Shown: in pieces, positions 1-12,432 of the stretch
How the letters are laid out: each line of letters starts with the position of its first letter
Numbering within the stretch: position 1 is the first letter of the stretch
Source of the DNA: Eukaryota sp. TZLM1-RC
Taxonomy: Eukaryota > Protista > Metamonada: BaSk clade
NCBI GenBank assembly: GCA_040285825.1
Contig: JAUPSS010000007.1
Coordinates: 1,648,689 to 1,712,688 of the forward strand
Direction of reading: 5' to 3'
Length of the DNA stretch: 64,000 nucleotides
Program-made: the position numbers and the translations under genes
Notes under the pieces: model-generated
What the model saw: the letters and a program-made list of their open reading frames with translations, nothing else
The model's database searches: none
What the model was told of the DNA's origin: nothing

Positions 1-3000
1 CATAGATGATAGTTGTTCGCAATGGCTGAATGATACTGAGAATTGGATTCATGTTTACAAAAGGGACAGTGATGTACAAATTCAGAACAGAGGAGGCGGG
101 TTCTTAAGAAATACTTGAGCAATGAATCGTCAACAAGTTCCTCAGATGGATTGATAAATAAAAGTGATTGAGACAGTGGTTTGCAATTGATTAGAACGTC
201 GTTTTTCATATTTGATTGGGATGGGTGCTATGGCTGGGTCAGTTACCGGCGACCCTAAATGAAGCGAGTACAGCAGGCTTGGATCTAAAGTCCCTAGTCA
301 AAAGAATTCAGAGTCTCCAAAAAAGTGGTTTTTGAGTTAAGAGAGCTTGAAGTTTTTGATAAGTTGGGGAGTTGGTAGCTGTACCCAAGTTCATGAAATA
401 ATGATTCAGCGCACATAAGATCTAAATCATCAAGTGGCAATGAAGAGTGGAAGAGGTTTAAAGTCCTATTGCTGGTGATGTAGGAGGCTGCGAAGCACAA
501 ATGAGCTATTTCCCCATAATTTGTGAGACCGAGTCCTCCAAATCTGGCTGACAGGGAGAGAAATCAACTGAGGAAACATAGGAACAACCCCAAGTGCCAG
601 AAGAAACAAAAGAAACTATTTGATGAAAACAACTAATGAGGGGATTCCTGCTGACTGCTGGGCGATGAACACGTGCATGAAAGGACAGTTTGGTGTTGAT
701 GCAGTGTCTCACAAAGAAGCAATTGCTCTTGTAACGTCAGCGATTCGAGACATTTCAACAGAGAACTAGTTATTGGTGGGAGTGAGCTTGAAAGATCATC
801 TTCGGCGTTTGGGCCAAAATGAGCACCAAGCACCTCAGAAATTGTCATTGCTAGAGACAACAGCAGTTTTGTCAAGATTGACTTCAAGACCAATGTCTTG
901 GATAAAAGCTTGAAACAGTCCCAACAATAGCATCAGTTTCATGGTCGTTGCAAAGAACAAAAAGGTCATCTAAATACAAATAAAAAAATGACAGGATGGG
1001 TGCAGGGTACTGAGCTGTGTTGCAAAACGGGACAAGGGCAGTTGAAAACAGCAGGGACCGAGGGGATCGCCTTGTCGAACACCACGTTCTGAGAAAATAA
1101 CTGAGTTTCTAAAATGTAATGTGGAAGGGGCTCAGATAGCTAGCTTTTAAAGAATGGGAACAGCAAAGGACAATATTCAGCAACAGCTTGGGCAAGCTGA
1201 CAACGGTCGACCTCATTGAATGCATTGCGCACATCAAACTTGATCAGTTTTTCGAAAGATAGGCCTAGATTACTACGAATTGAATGGACAATAGCTTCAC
1301 CACCACCAGGGACTTTCACGCCATATTGATTTGAATTGATCAAATAGTCAACATTTACTTTAGATAGCGCAAGGCCGGCAGCAATGCGGTAAAAATAGTT
1401 CTCCAACTGCCAAAGGCCGCACTCCATTACTTTTTCTTTGGGATGGCGAGCAATCTACTGGAAGTGAGAACACGTCTGAGAGGGCTCACTTATTTTTGCC
1501 ACTGAGCAGGCCGTTTGCTATATACTGTACACATGACACCAAGTGGTCATCAATACACTGTTTCACAAGTTTGGCATGCCAGTGGGAGGGCCACCTTCCG
1601 TCATAGGGGAATTAAGGATTGCGTCAGCTACGGAAGAGGAGTCGTGGTAGGAGTAGTGTTCAGTTAGCATATTGTTATATTGACAAAAGTTTGGATCAGC
1701 TGGATGGAGGTGTTGCAATTGCTCTAGCATGGACTTATTAGTTATGTTTGCTGTTGGTGGTTCTCTTGATAGCAGATTCATAGCGCGACTCAGTTCGTTG
1801 TCGTGAATAAGTTCTTTGACTCTCTTTATATTGACTCGATTGCTAAATGTATGTGGTCTGATGGGGGTTGTGTTACAAAAGAAGGAAAAAGTATCTTCAC
1901 ATTGACCAATATTAAATTTGTGAACCCTGTGTTGGAATCGGAAAAGTTTAAAAAGTGATGAGCCTTTGTCCAGCTTTAGGCAAACTACCGGTAGCACTAG
2001 AAGATATCTACATTTTTGTTCCATTGGCAGGGAAGAATGGGTGACCAACTTGACTGCAGAGCGGAATGAGGGACGATCACTGAGCCGCTTGTAAGTGAAG
2101 CTTGCAATTTCATTGCTCAGTTGAATAAATAGAGAATCGGAAATACATGGCATATCCAGAGTCGGTGACTCATGACGTTTGAAATGGTTGTCAAAACCAA
2201 CCGATGAGAACACCTTCAGGCAAACGGGGCAGCGAACCAGATTATTAATGTGTAATGTGTCAGTGTCTATAGAAGAGTGATGCGTATCAATATGGCAGCA
2301 TAAGGTTCTTGCTTTGGAGAAGAAACTGGGACAGATAGGACAATTGTGTGATTTTTCTAAATTGAACGAGTCAAGGGGAGCACTATCAGCGATGTGTTCA
2401 GAGTGGTCAGGTGAAAATGAACAAAGAGGTGTAGGGCCTTCAAGAACATGATAACGTGTTCTTAAATACTTCAGCAGTGAACATTCAGAGCCATTAGCGC
2501 CACGTTTTGCTAAAAACATCAGCAACATTATTATTGGTATTGTCAGAATGTGCCAACACTTTTTAAAGGAGAAGGAGAATAGTCTAAAACGGGAACTATT
2601 TATGAGATCCTTTATTTGGCTGCGGATTCTTTTGACAGTAGGATTCTTTAGGGATGCTTTTAGGTTAAGAGAATCAACAACAAGGCTACTGTCAGAAAAA
2701 AATGATAATGTGTTTGTGGACAGTGAGAGAGCAACACTAAGGATTTAATGGTCATCAAAACAGCTTCAAACTCAGCTGCGTTATGGGTGTTGTACCGTGA
2801 TGGGCCATAAATTTCGAATCGCTTATCCTTGAAAGTATAAAAGCCACCAAAGCCAGATTTATTACTTTTCTTGAGAAAAGATCCATCTGTGTAAATCTCC
2901 AAGGGATTCACATTAACATCCATATCAGAGAAGCATTCGATTCAAGTATGTGGCCACTGTCATCAGGAAGTATGATTGGATTAGATTCATCACCATCATC

Positions 3001-4183
3001 ATTGGCATCAAAAGAGACAACAGGAGAACTATCAAGGTCAGAAGGACAAACAGATGGATGTGAAATATCTTGAACAGGTTCAGTCACAAGAGGGCCCTGT
3101 TGATACCCCAAACCCAAGACCATAACGTTGGCTTGGGTTAATCGGTTGATGGTACAATTGAATAGGAGAGTCCTCAGAAGGAAGAGAGGACTCTCTGAAT
3201 TATTGACAGATTCACTGAGAAATGCAACCTTTCTTACTATATGCATCCCGATGCCTTCTACAGAAATGATGTCAGAGCAGCTACATCTTGTGTATCCATT
3301 GGCTTTAAGACATCAAGGCTGACATCAGGATGCATTTTCATCAAATGCCTTGTCAACCCAGACCGCTTAGAGAACGGTTCAGTTCTGGGGCAGAGCGAGA
3401 CAAAAGCAGCAGAACTTTCTCACGATTTGACAAACACCTGAATTTTGGTCTAAATTTGGAGATCAGCAGAGAGGGATCATCACAAAGGGACACAGGGCAA
3501 AACCCCCTTCCCACCACAGTGGTTATTTGTAGCGAGCCGAAGCTCACTACGAGAATCGATCACGTCATTGCTGACGTGATCGCTGGAATTAGCACCTCTC
3601 AATGGAGAGGCACTAGACAATGTGCGTGTGGTGGGATTCGAACTCAGGACCGCAACCTCTGAGTCAAAGGTCTTATCCACTAGACCAAGTGAGCGCTGAT
3701 AACTATCATATGGAGTTGCAAGGTGAGAACTATCTGGATCAGAGTGCGCTGTTTGAAGAGAGAATTCAGTAGCGTCTGAAACGGAGATTGGAGAAATGTG
3801 ATTGAAAGAATCTGAGGAAGGGTCAGTGCAAAGTTGATCGGAGGAAGTGGGTGGGTCATCAGAGGTAAGTTGTGAAATGGAGAAAGAGTACTTATCTTCC
3901 GCATATAAATGTGGAGTTTGGTCATAGGAAGAAGCCAACACTAGATTTCGGTCAGATTCATCAGAATCTGCCACGGACAGCTCTATAGCACTAGGGCTAT
4001 TCTGCTCGATGCCGCTGACATCGGCAGTCATGTTGGACTCTTCTAGACCTTCCAAAAGAGAAGAGAATTCTGAAGGAGATAAAGAAGGTTGAGACTTTGA
4101 GGGCTTAAAAAACCCCGTAAGAGATGTCTGTCTCATACAATGGCTGTGGGAACAGGGAGATAGGACGTGAGTTGCAGGGAAAA
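1..4183 (-). mobile_element. Non-LTR retrotransposon copy A (3' end cut off by window start)
   Basis: Near-identical to 7804..12432 and 15158..19782; ORF pieces 3480..4196, 2660..2923, 1563..2528, 1140..1427 match the same polyprotein, broken by many homopolymer indels. Confidence 0.95.
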
Positions 4184-7100
4184 AACCATTGGTCAATATA
4201 CGAAACTAGGAACTTCATATGAGCCTCAGTAAATCGTATCAAAACGATACTCTTACACTTACAGCAATTGTTTTATTAGTTTACAACATTCAATTGTATA
4301 CTTTTGATTTTACTTTTTACAATTGAATGTTTAAAAATTAATACACTCAATTAATTCAAATATATACAAAATCATTTGAAAATGTAATCATGAGTTTGTA
4401 CTGATCAAGTAACACATAGCCAACATTACTAACACACAATTTCACACAAAGTTTGATCACAAGTTGATCACATCTAGTACATAAAGACTACATGCAACTC
4501 ATCTAATCATACCAATGACCATTCAACCAATCATACCAATGACTAATCAAATGACCATAGCAAGGACTTTAACACCACAATTGTTATATTAATTGTCCCA
4601 AAATGGACTTTAAAGATTTGACCAATGATTGTAATAAACAACCATTGGTCAATATACGAAACTAGGAACTTCATATGAGCCTCAGTAAATCGTATCAAAA
4701 CGATACTCTTACACTTACAGCAATTGTTTTATTAGTTTACAACATTCAATTGTATACTTTTGATTTTACTTTTTACAATTGAATGTTTAAAAATTAATAC
4801 ACTCAATTAATTCAAATATATACAAAATCATTTGAAAATGTAATCATGAGTTTGTACTGATCAAGTAACACATAGCCAACATTACTAACACACAATTTCA
4901 AACAAAGTTTGATCACAAGTTGATCACATCTAGTACATAAAGACTACATGCAACTCATCTAATCATACCAATGACCATTCAACCAATCATACCAATGACT
5001 AATCAAATGACCATAGCACGGACTTTAACACCACAATTGTTATATTAATTGTCCCAAAATGGACTTTAAAGATTTGACCAATGATTGTAATAAACAACCA
5101 TTGGTCAATATACGAAACTAGGAACTTCATATGAGCCTCAGTAAATCGTATCAAAAACGATACTCTTACACTTACAGCAATTGTTTTATTAGTTTACAAC
5201 ATTCAATTGTATACTTTTGATTTTTACTTTTTACAATTGAATGTTTAAAAATTAATACACTCAATTAATTCAAATATATACAAAATCATTTGAAAATGTA
5301 ATCATGAGTTTGTACTGATCAAGTAACACATAGCCAACATTACTAACACACAATTTCACACAAAGTTTGATCACAAGTTGATCACATCTAGTACATAAAG
5401 ACTACATGCAACTCATCTAATCATACCAATGACCATTCAACCAATCATACCAATGACTAATCAAATGACCATAGCACGGACTTTAACACCACAATTGTTA
5501 TATTAATTGTCCCAAAATGGACTTTAAGATTTGACCAATGATTGTAATAAACAACCATTGGTCAATATACGAAACTAGGAACTTCATATGAGCCTCAGTA
5601 AATCGTATCAAAAACGATACTCTTACACTTACAGCAATTGTTTTATTAGTTTACAACATTCAATTGTATACTTTTGATTTTTACTTTTTACAATTGAATG
5701 TTTAAAAATTAATACACTCAATTAATTCAAATATATACAAAAATCATTTGAAAATGTAATCATGAGTTTGTACTGATCAAGTAACACATAGCCAACATTA
5801 CTAACACACAATTTCACACAAAGTTTGATCACAAGTTGATCACATCTAGTACATAAAGACTACATGCAACTCATCTAATCATACCAATGACCATTCAACC
5901 AATCATACCAATGACTAATCAAATGACCATAGCACGGACTTTAACACCACAATTGTTATATTAATTGTCCCAAAATGGACTTTAAAGATTTGACCAATGA
6001 TTGTAATAAACAACCATTGGTCAATATACGAAACTAGGAACTTCATATGAGCCTCAGTAAATCGTATCAAAACGATACTCTTACACTTACAGCAATTGTT
6101 TTATTAGTTTACAACATTCAATTGTATACTTTTGATTTTTACTTTTTACAATTGAATGTTTAAAAATTAATACACTCAATTAATTCAAATATATACAAAA
6201 ATCATTTGAAAATGTAATCATGAGTTTGTACTGATCAAGTAACACATAGCCAACATTACTAACACACAATTTCACACAAAGTTTGATCACAAGTTGATCA
6301 CATCTAGTACATAAAGACTACATGCAACTCATCTAATCATACCAATGACCATTCAACCAATCATACCAATGACTAATCAAATGACCATAGCACGGACTTT
6401 AACACCACAATTGTTATATTAATTGTCCCAAAATGGACCTTAAGATTTGACCAATGATTGTAATAAACAACCATTGGTCAATATACGAAACTAGGAACTT
6501 CATATGAGCCTCAGTAAATCGTATCAAAACAATACTCTTACACTTACAGCAATTGTTTTATTAGTTTACAACATTCAATTGTATACTTTTGATTTTTACT
6601 TTTTTACAATTGAATGTTTAAAAATTAATACACTCAATTAATTCAAATATATACAAAATCATTTGAAAATGTAATCATGAGTTTGTACTGATCAAGTAAC
6701 ACATAGCCAACATTACTAACACACAATTTCACACAAAGTTTGATCACAAGTTGATCACATCTAGTACATAAAGACTACATGCAACTCATCTAATCATACC
6801 AATGACCATTCAACCAATCATACCAATGACTAATCAAATGACCATAGCACGGACTTTAACACCACAATTGTTATATTAATTGTCCCAAAATGGACTTTAA
6901 AGATTTGACCAATGATTGTAATAAACAACCATTGGTCAATATACGAAACTAGGAACTTCATATGAGCCTCAGTAAATCGTATCAAAAACGATACTCTTAC
7001 ACTTACAGCAATTGTTTTATTAGTTTACAACATTCAATTGTATACTTTTTGATTTTTACTTTTTTACAATTGAATGTTTAAAAATTAATACACTCAATTA

Positions 7101-7472
7101 ATTCAAATATATACAAAATCATTTGAAAATGTAATCATGAGTTTGTACTGATCAAGTAACACATAGCCAACATTACTAACACACAATTTCACACAAAGTT
7201 TGATCACAAGTTGATCACATCTAGTACATAAAGACTACATGCAACTCATCTAATCATACCAATGACCATTCAACCAATCATACCAATGACTAATCAAATG
7301 ACCATAGCACGGACTTTAACACCACAATTGTTATATTAATTGTCCCAAAATGGACTTTAAAGATTTGACCAATGATTGTAATAAACAACCATTGGTCAAT
7401 ATACGAAACTAGGAACTTCATATGAGCCTCAGTAAATCGTATCAAAAACGATACTCTTACACTTACAGCAAT
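4184..7472 (-). repeat. ~460-bp tandem repeat array, 7 periods (28S 3' terminus + 3' ETS)
   Basis: Marker ccattggtcaatatacg recurs at ~4186, 4642, 5098, 5555, 6014, 6471, 6929, 7389. Confidence 0.97.
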
Positions 7473-7803
7473 GAGTTCCGTATCTTGGTCGTCTGCCAAG
7501 GTTTCATGATCCTGCGAATCTTCATAGTTTCAATGATCAATGAATAGTACTTAGACTAAACATCAATCCCACTGATGGGATATTGGGACTGTGTAAACAC
7601 AATCCTAATCTTTATCGATTAAATTTGCAGGTCAATATATCATCCTTTCTAGGTTGGATACTAGCTTAGAGGCGTTCAGCTATAATCCAACGCATGTTAG
7701 CTTCACACCAATATCTTTTCAGATAAGCGTAAATACCAATTATGCGAAACAACGGTTCCTCTCGTACTGGGTTGCTTTACTATTAGGATGACAATTATTC
7801 AGT
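7405..7803 (-). pseudogene. Detached 28S rRNA 3' fragment (domain VI incl. sarcin-ricin loop)
   Basis: Matches 21645..22043 of the full 28S gene, contains cggttcctctcgtactg (rc of SRL AGUACGAGAGGAACCG); at 7804 identity switches to retroelement 3' UTR. Confidence 0.93.
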
Positions 7804-10800
7804 TTATTAAAGAAAGAAATGTTCAATCACAATGAAGAAACTATATCTAAAGCGATCAATCATCACTAAGATCACAAATGGCAAGTCGGGCATACACTTT
7901 GCTCATTTTAAAGCATGATCTTGTAAATGACAGCGATATTTTTTTCCCATAAGAGCCTATCTCTTTTTTACGCAAAAAATTTACAAAACTTCGTTCGATG
8001 CCTCCAGAAGGAAATGCGATTAGTGGAACCAAAGGAACATGGTGAGAATATTTACCAATTTTCGACATTCTACGGCGTTCAATCAGTGTATTGAGAGGGG
8101 TAGAATATCCACCGACTAAAGTGAGGTCATAACACTCGCTGCCATTGGGACGAATAAGGTCAACTCTGCCGTTACCTACGTTCTGTTCTTTGAGTAAGCC
8201 TGTCAGTTGCGATATCAATTCAACCACATCATCATGTCTTCTAATTCGCATAGATGATAGTTGTTCGCAATTGGCTGAATGATACTGAGAATTGGATTCA
8301 TGTTTACAAAAGGGACAGTGATGTACAAATTCAGAACAGAGGAGGCGGGTTCTTAAGAAATACTTGAGCAATGAATCGTCAACAGGTTCCTCAGATGGAT
8401 TGATAAATAAAAGTGATTGAGACAGTGGTTTGCAATTGATTAGAACGTCGTTTTCATATTTGATTGGGATGGGTGCTATGGCTGGGTCAGTTACCGGCGA
8501 CCTAAATGAAGCGAGTACAGCAGGCTTGGATCTAAAGTCCCTAGTCAAAGAATTCAGAGTCTCCAAAAAGTGGTTTTTGAGTTAAGAGAGCTTGAAGTTT
8601 TGATAAGTTGGGGAGTTGGTAGCTGTACCAAGTTCATGAAATAATGATTCAGCGCACATAAGATCTAAATCATCAAGTGGCAATGAAGAGTGGAAGAGGT
8701 TTAAAGTCCCTATTGCTGGTGATGTAGGAGGCTGCGAAGCACAAATGAGCTATTTCCCCATAATTTGTGAGACCGAGTCCTCCAAATCTGGCTGACGGGA
8801 GAGAAATCAACTGAGGAAACATAGGAACAACCCCAAGTGCCGAAGAAACAAAAAGAAACTATTTGATGAAAACAACTAATGAGGGGATTCCTGCTGACTG
8901 CTGGGCGATGAACACGTGCATGAAAGGACAGTTTGGTGTTGATGCAGTGTCTCACAAGAAGCAATTGCTCTTGTAACGTCAGCGATTCGAGACATTTCAG
9001 CAGAGAACTAGTTATTGGTGGGAGTGAGCTTGAAAGATCATCTTCGGCGTTTGGGCCAAAATGAGCACCAAGCACCTCGAAATTGTCATTGCTAGAGACA
9101 ACAGCAGTTTTGTCAAGATTGACTTCAAGACCAATGTCTTGGATAAAGCTTGAAACAGTCCCAACAATAGCATCAGTTTCATGGTCGTTGCAAAGAACAA
9201 AAAGGTCATCTAAATACAAATAAAAATGACAGGATGGGTGTAGGGTACTGAGCTGTGTTGCAAACGGGACAAGGGCAGTTGAAAACAGCAAGGGACCGAG
9301 GGGATCGCCTTGTCGAACACCACGTTCTGAGAAAATAACTGAGTTTCTAAAATGTAATGTGGAAGGGCTCAGATAGCTAGCTTTAAAGAATGGGAACAGC
9401 AAAGGACAATATTCAGCAACAGCTTGGGCAAGCTGACAACGGTCGACCTCATTGAATGCATTGCGCACATCAAACTTGATCAGTTTTTCGAAAGATAGGC
9501 CTAGATTACTACGAATTGAATGGACAATAGCTTCACCACCACCAGGGACTTTCACGCCATATTGATTTGAATTGATCAAATAGTCAACATTTACTTTAGA
9601 TAGCGCAAGGCCGGCAGCAATGCGGTAAAATAGTTCTCCAACTGCCAAAGGCCGCACTCCATTACTTTTCTTTGGGATGGCGAGCAATCTACTGGAAGTG
9701 AGAACACGTCTGAGGGGCTCACTTATTTTGCCACTGAGCAGGCCGTTTGCTATATACTGTACACATGACACCAAGTGGTCATCAATACACTGTTTCACAA
9801 GTTTGGCATGCCAGTGGGAGGGGCCACCTTCCGTCATAGGGGAATTAAGGATTGCGTCAGCTACGGAAGAGGAGTCGTGGTAGGAGTAGTGTTCAGTTAG
9901 CATATTGTTGTATTGACAAAAGTTTGGATCAGCTGGATGGAGGTGTTGCAATTGCTCTAGCATGGAGTTATTAGTTATGTTTGCTGTTGGTGGTTCTCTT
10001 GATAGCAGATTCATAGCGCGACTCAGTTCGTTGTCGTGAATAAGTTCTTTGACTCTCTTTATATTGACTCGATTGCTAAATGTATGTGGTCTGATGGGGG
10101 TTGTGTTACAAAAGAAGGAAGAAGTATCTTCACATTGACCAATATCAAATTTGTGAACCCTGTGTTGGAATCGGAAAAGTTTAAAAAGTGATGAGCCTTT
10201 GTCCAGCTTTAGGCAAACTACCGGTAGCACTAGAAGATATCTACATTTTTGTTCCATTGGCAGGGAAGAATGGGTGACCAACTTGACTGCAGAGCGGAAT
10301 GAGGGACGATCACTGAGCCGCTTGTAAGTGAAGCTTGCAATTTCATTGCTCAGTTGAATAAATAGAGAATCGGAAATACATGGCATATCCAGAGTCGGTG
10401 ACTCATGACGTTTGAAATGGTTGTCAAAACCAACCGATGAGAACACCTTCAGGCAAACGGGGCAGCGAACCAGATTATTAATGTGTAATGTGTCAGTGTC
10501 TATAGAAGAGTGATGCGTATCAATATGGCAGCATAAGGTTCTTGCTTTGGAGAAGAAACTGGGACAGATAGGACAATTGTGTGATTTTTCTAAATTGAAC
10601 GAGTCAAGGGGAGCACTATCAGCGATGTGTTCAGAGTGGTCAGGTGAAAATGAACAAAGAGGTGTAGGGCCTTCAAGAACATGATAACGTGTTCTTAAAT
10701 ACTTCAGCAGTGAACATTCAGAGCCATTAGCGCCACGTTTTGCTAAAACATCAGCAACATTATTATTGGTATTGTCAGAATGTGCCAACACTTTTTTAAA

Positions 10801-12432
10801 GGAGAAGGAGAATAGTCTAAAACGGGAACTATTTATGAGATCCTTTATTTGGCTGCGGATTCTTTTGACAGTAGGATTCTTTAGGGATGCTTTTAGGTTA
10901 AGAGAATCAACAACAAGGCTACTGTCAGAAAAAATGATAATGTGTTGTGGACAGTGAGAGAGCAACACTAAGGATTTAATGGTCATCAAAACAGCTTCAA
11001 ACTCAGCTGCGTTATGGGTGTTGTACCGTGATGGGCCATAAATTTCGAATCGCTTATCCTTGAAAGTATAAAAGCCACCAAAGCCAGATTTATTACTTTT
11101 CTTGAGAAAAGATCCATCTGTGTAAATCTCCAAGGGATTCACATTAACATCCATATCAGAGGAAGCATTCGATTCAAGTATGTGGCCACTGTCATCAGGA
11201 AGTATGATTGGATTAGATTCATCACCATCATCATTGGCATCAAAAGAGACAACAGGAGAACTATCAAGGTCAGAAGGACAAACAGATGGATGTGAAATAT
11301 CTTGAACAGGTTCAGTCACAAGAGGGCCCTGTTGATACCCAAACCCAAGACCATAACGTTGGCTTGGGTTAATCGGTTGATGGTACAATTGAATAGGAGA
11401 GTCCTCAGAAGGAAGAGGAGGACTCTCTGAATTATTGACAGATTCACTGAGAGAAAATGCACAACCTTTCTTACTTATATGCATCCCGATGCCTTCTACA
11501 GAAATGATGTCAGAGCAGCTACATCTTGTGTATCCATTGGCTTTTAAGACATCAAGGCTGACATCAGGATGCATTTTCATCAAATGCCTTGTCAACCCAG
11601 ACCGCTTAGAGAACGGTTCAGTTCTGGGGCAGAGCGAGACAAAGCAGCAGAACTTTCTCTCTCTACGATTTTGACAAACACCTGAATTTTGGTCTAAATT
11701 TTGGAGATCAGCAGAGAGGGGATCATCACAAAGGGACACAGGGCAAAAACCCCCCTTCCCACCACAGTGGTTATTTGTAGCGAGCCGAAGCTCACTACGA
11801 GAATCGATCACGTCATTGCTGACGTGATCGCTGGAATTAGCACCTCTCAATGGAGAGACACTAGACAATGTGCGTGTGGTGGGATTCGAACTCAGGACCG
11901 CAACCTCTGAGTCAAAGGTCTTATCCACTAGACCAGGTGAGCGCTGATAACTATCATATGGAGTTGCAAGGTGAGAACTATCTGGATCAGAGTGCGCTGT
12001 TTGAAGAGAGAATTCAGTAGCGTCTGAAACGGAGATTGGAGAAATGTGATTGAAAGAATCTGAGGAAGGGTCAGTGCAAAGTTGATCGGAGGAAGTGGGT
12101 GGGTCATCAGAGGTAAGTTGTGAAATGGAGAAAGAGGACTTATCTTCCGCATATAAATGTGGAGTTTGGTCATAGGAAGAAGCCAACACTAGATTTCGGC
12201 CAGATTCATGAGAATCTGCCACGGACAGCTCTATAGCACTAGGGCTATTCTGCTCGATGCCGCTGACATCGGCAGTCATGTTGGACTCTTCTAGACCTTC
12301 CAAAAGAGAAGAGAATTCTGAAGGAGATAAAGAAGGTTGAGACTTTGAGGGCTTGAAAAACCCTGTAAGAGATGTCTGTCTCATACAATGGCGGTGGGAA
12401 CAGGGAGATAGGACGTGAGTTGCAGGGAAAAA
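7804..12432 (-). mobile_element. Non-LTR retrotransposon copy B, full length (~4.63 kb), CRE-like RT/RLE type
   Basis: Single long ORF with RT and RLE motifs; junctions identical to those of the other copies. Confidence 0.96.
7856..12384 (-). CDS. Retrotransposon polyprotein ~1500 aa: PIP box - zinc fingers - RNase H - zinc fingers - RT - CCHC - RLE (frameshifted near 8570-8860 in this copy)
   Basis: ORFs 8710..12438 and 7856..8566: QTSLTGFF; IYTDGS..NAAEFEA..FSDS..AHS..NNVADVLAK (RNase H); CPIC..HIDTHH and CPVC..HFKRH; RPLAVGE, GVRQGDPLGPLLF, YLDD (9205..9216); CPFC..H..C, RRHDDVV, RVDL..YDLTL, KIGKY. Copy C reads through the broken part. Confidence 0.92.

Noticed and set aside
1-300. Telomere-maintaining array like HeT-A/TART
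   Set aside because: No telomeric repeats visible and element 3' ends point away from the single-copy genes, opposite to end-healing elements; cannot be supported from this window.
4184-7472. CRISPR-like array beside an RT gene
   Set aside because: Units are ~460-bp near-identical tandem copies with no unique spacers; they derive from the 28S end and 3' ETS.
7290-7499. 69-aa ORFs MADDQDTE.. (also 14643, 21530, 38918)
   Set aside because: Overlap 28S 3' end and spacer repeat; no coding signal.
8566-8860. Programmed frameshift or two-ORF structure in the retroelement
   Set aside because: Breaks occur at different homopolymers in each copy and are read through in another copy; consensus is one ORF.
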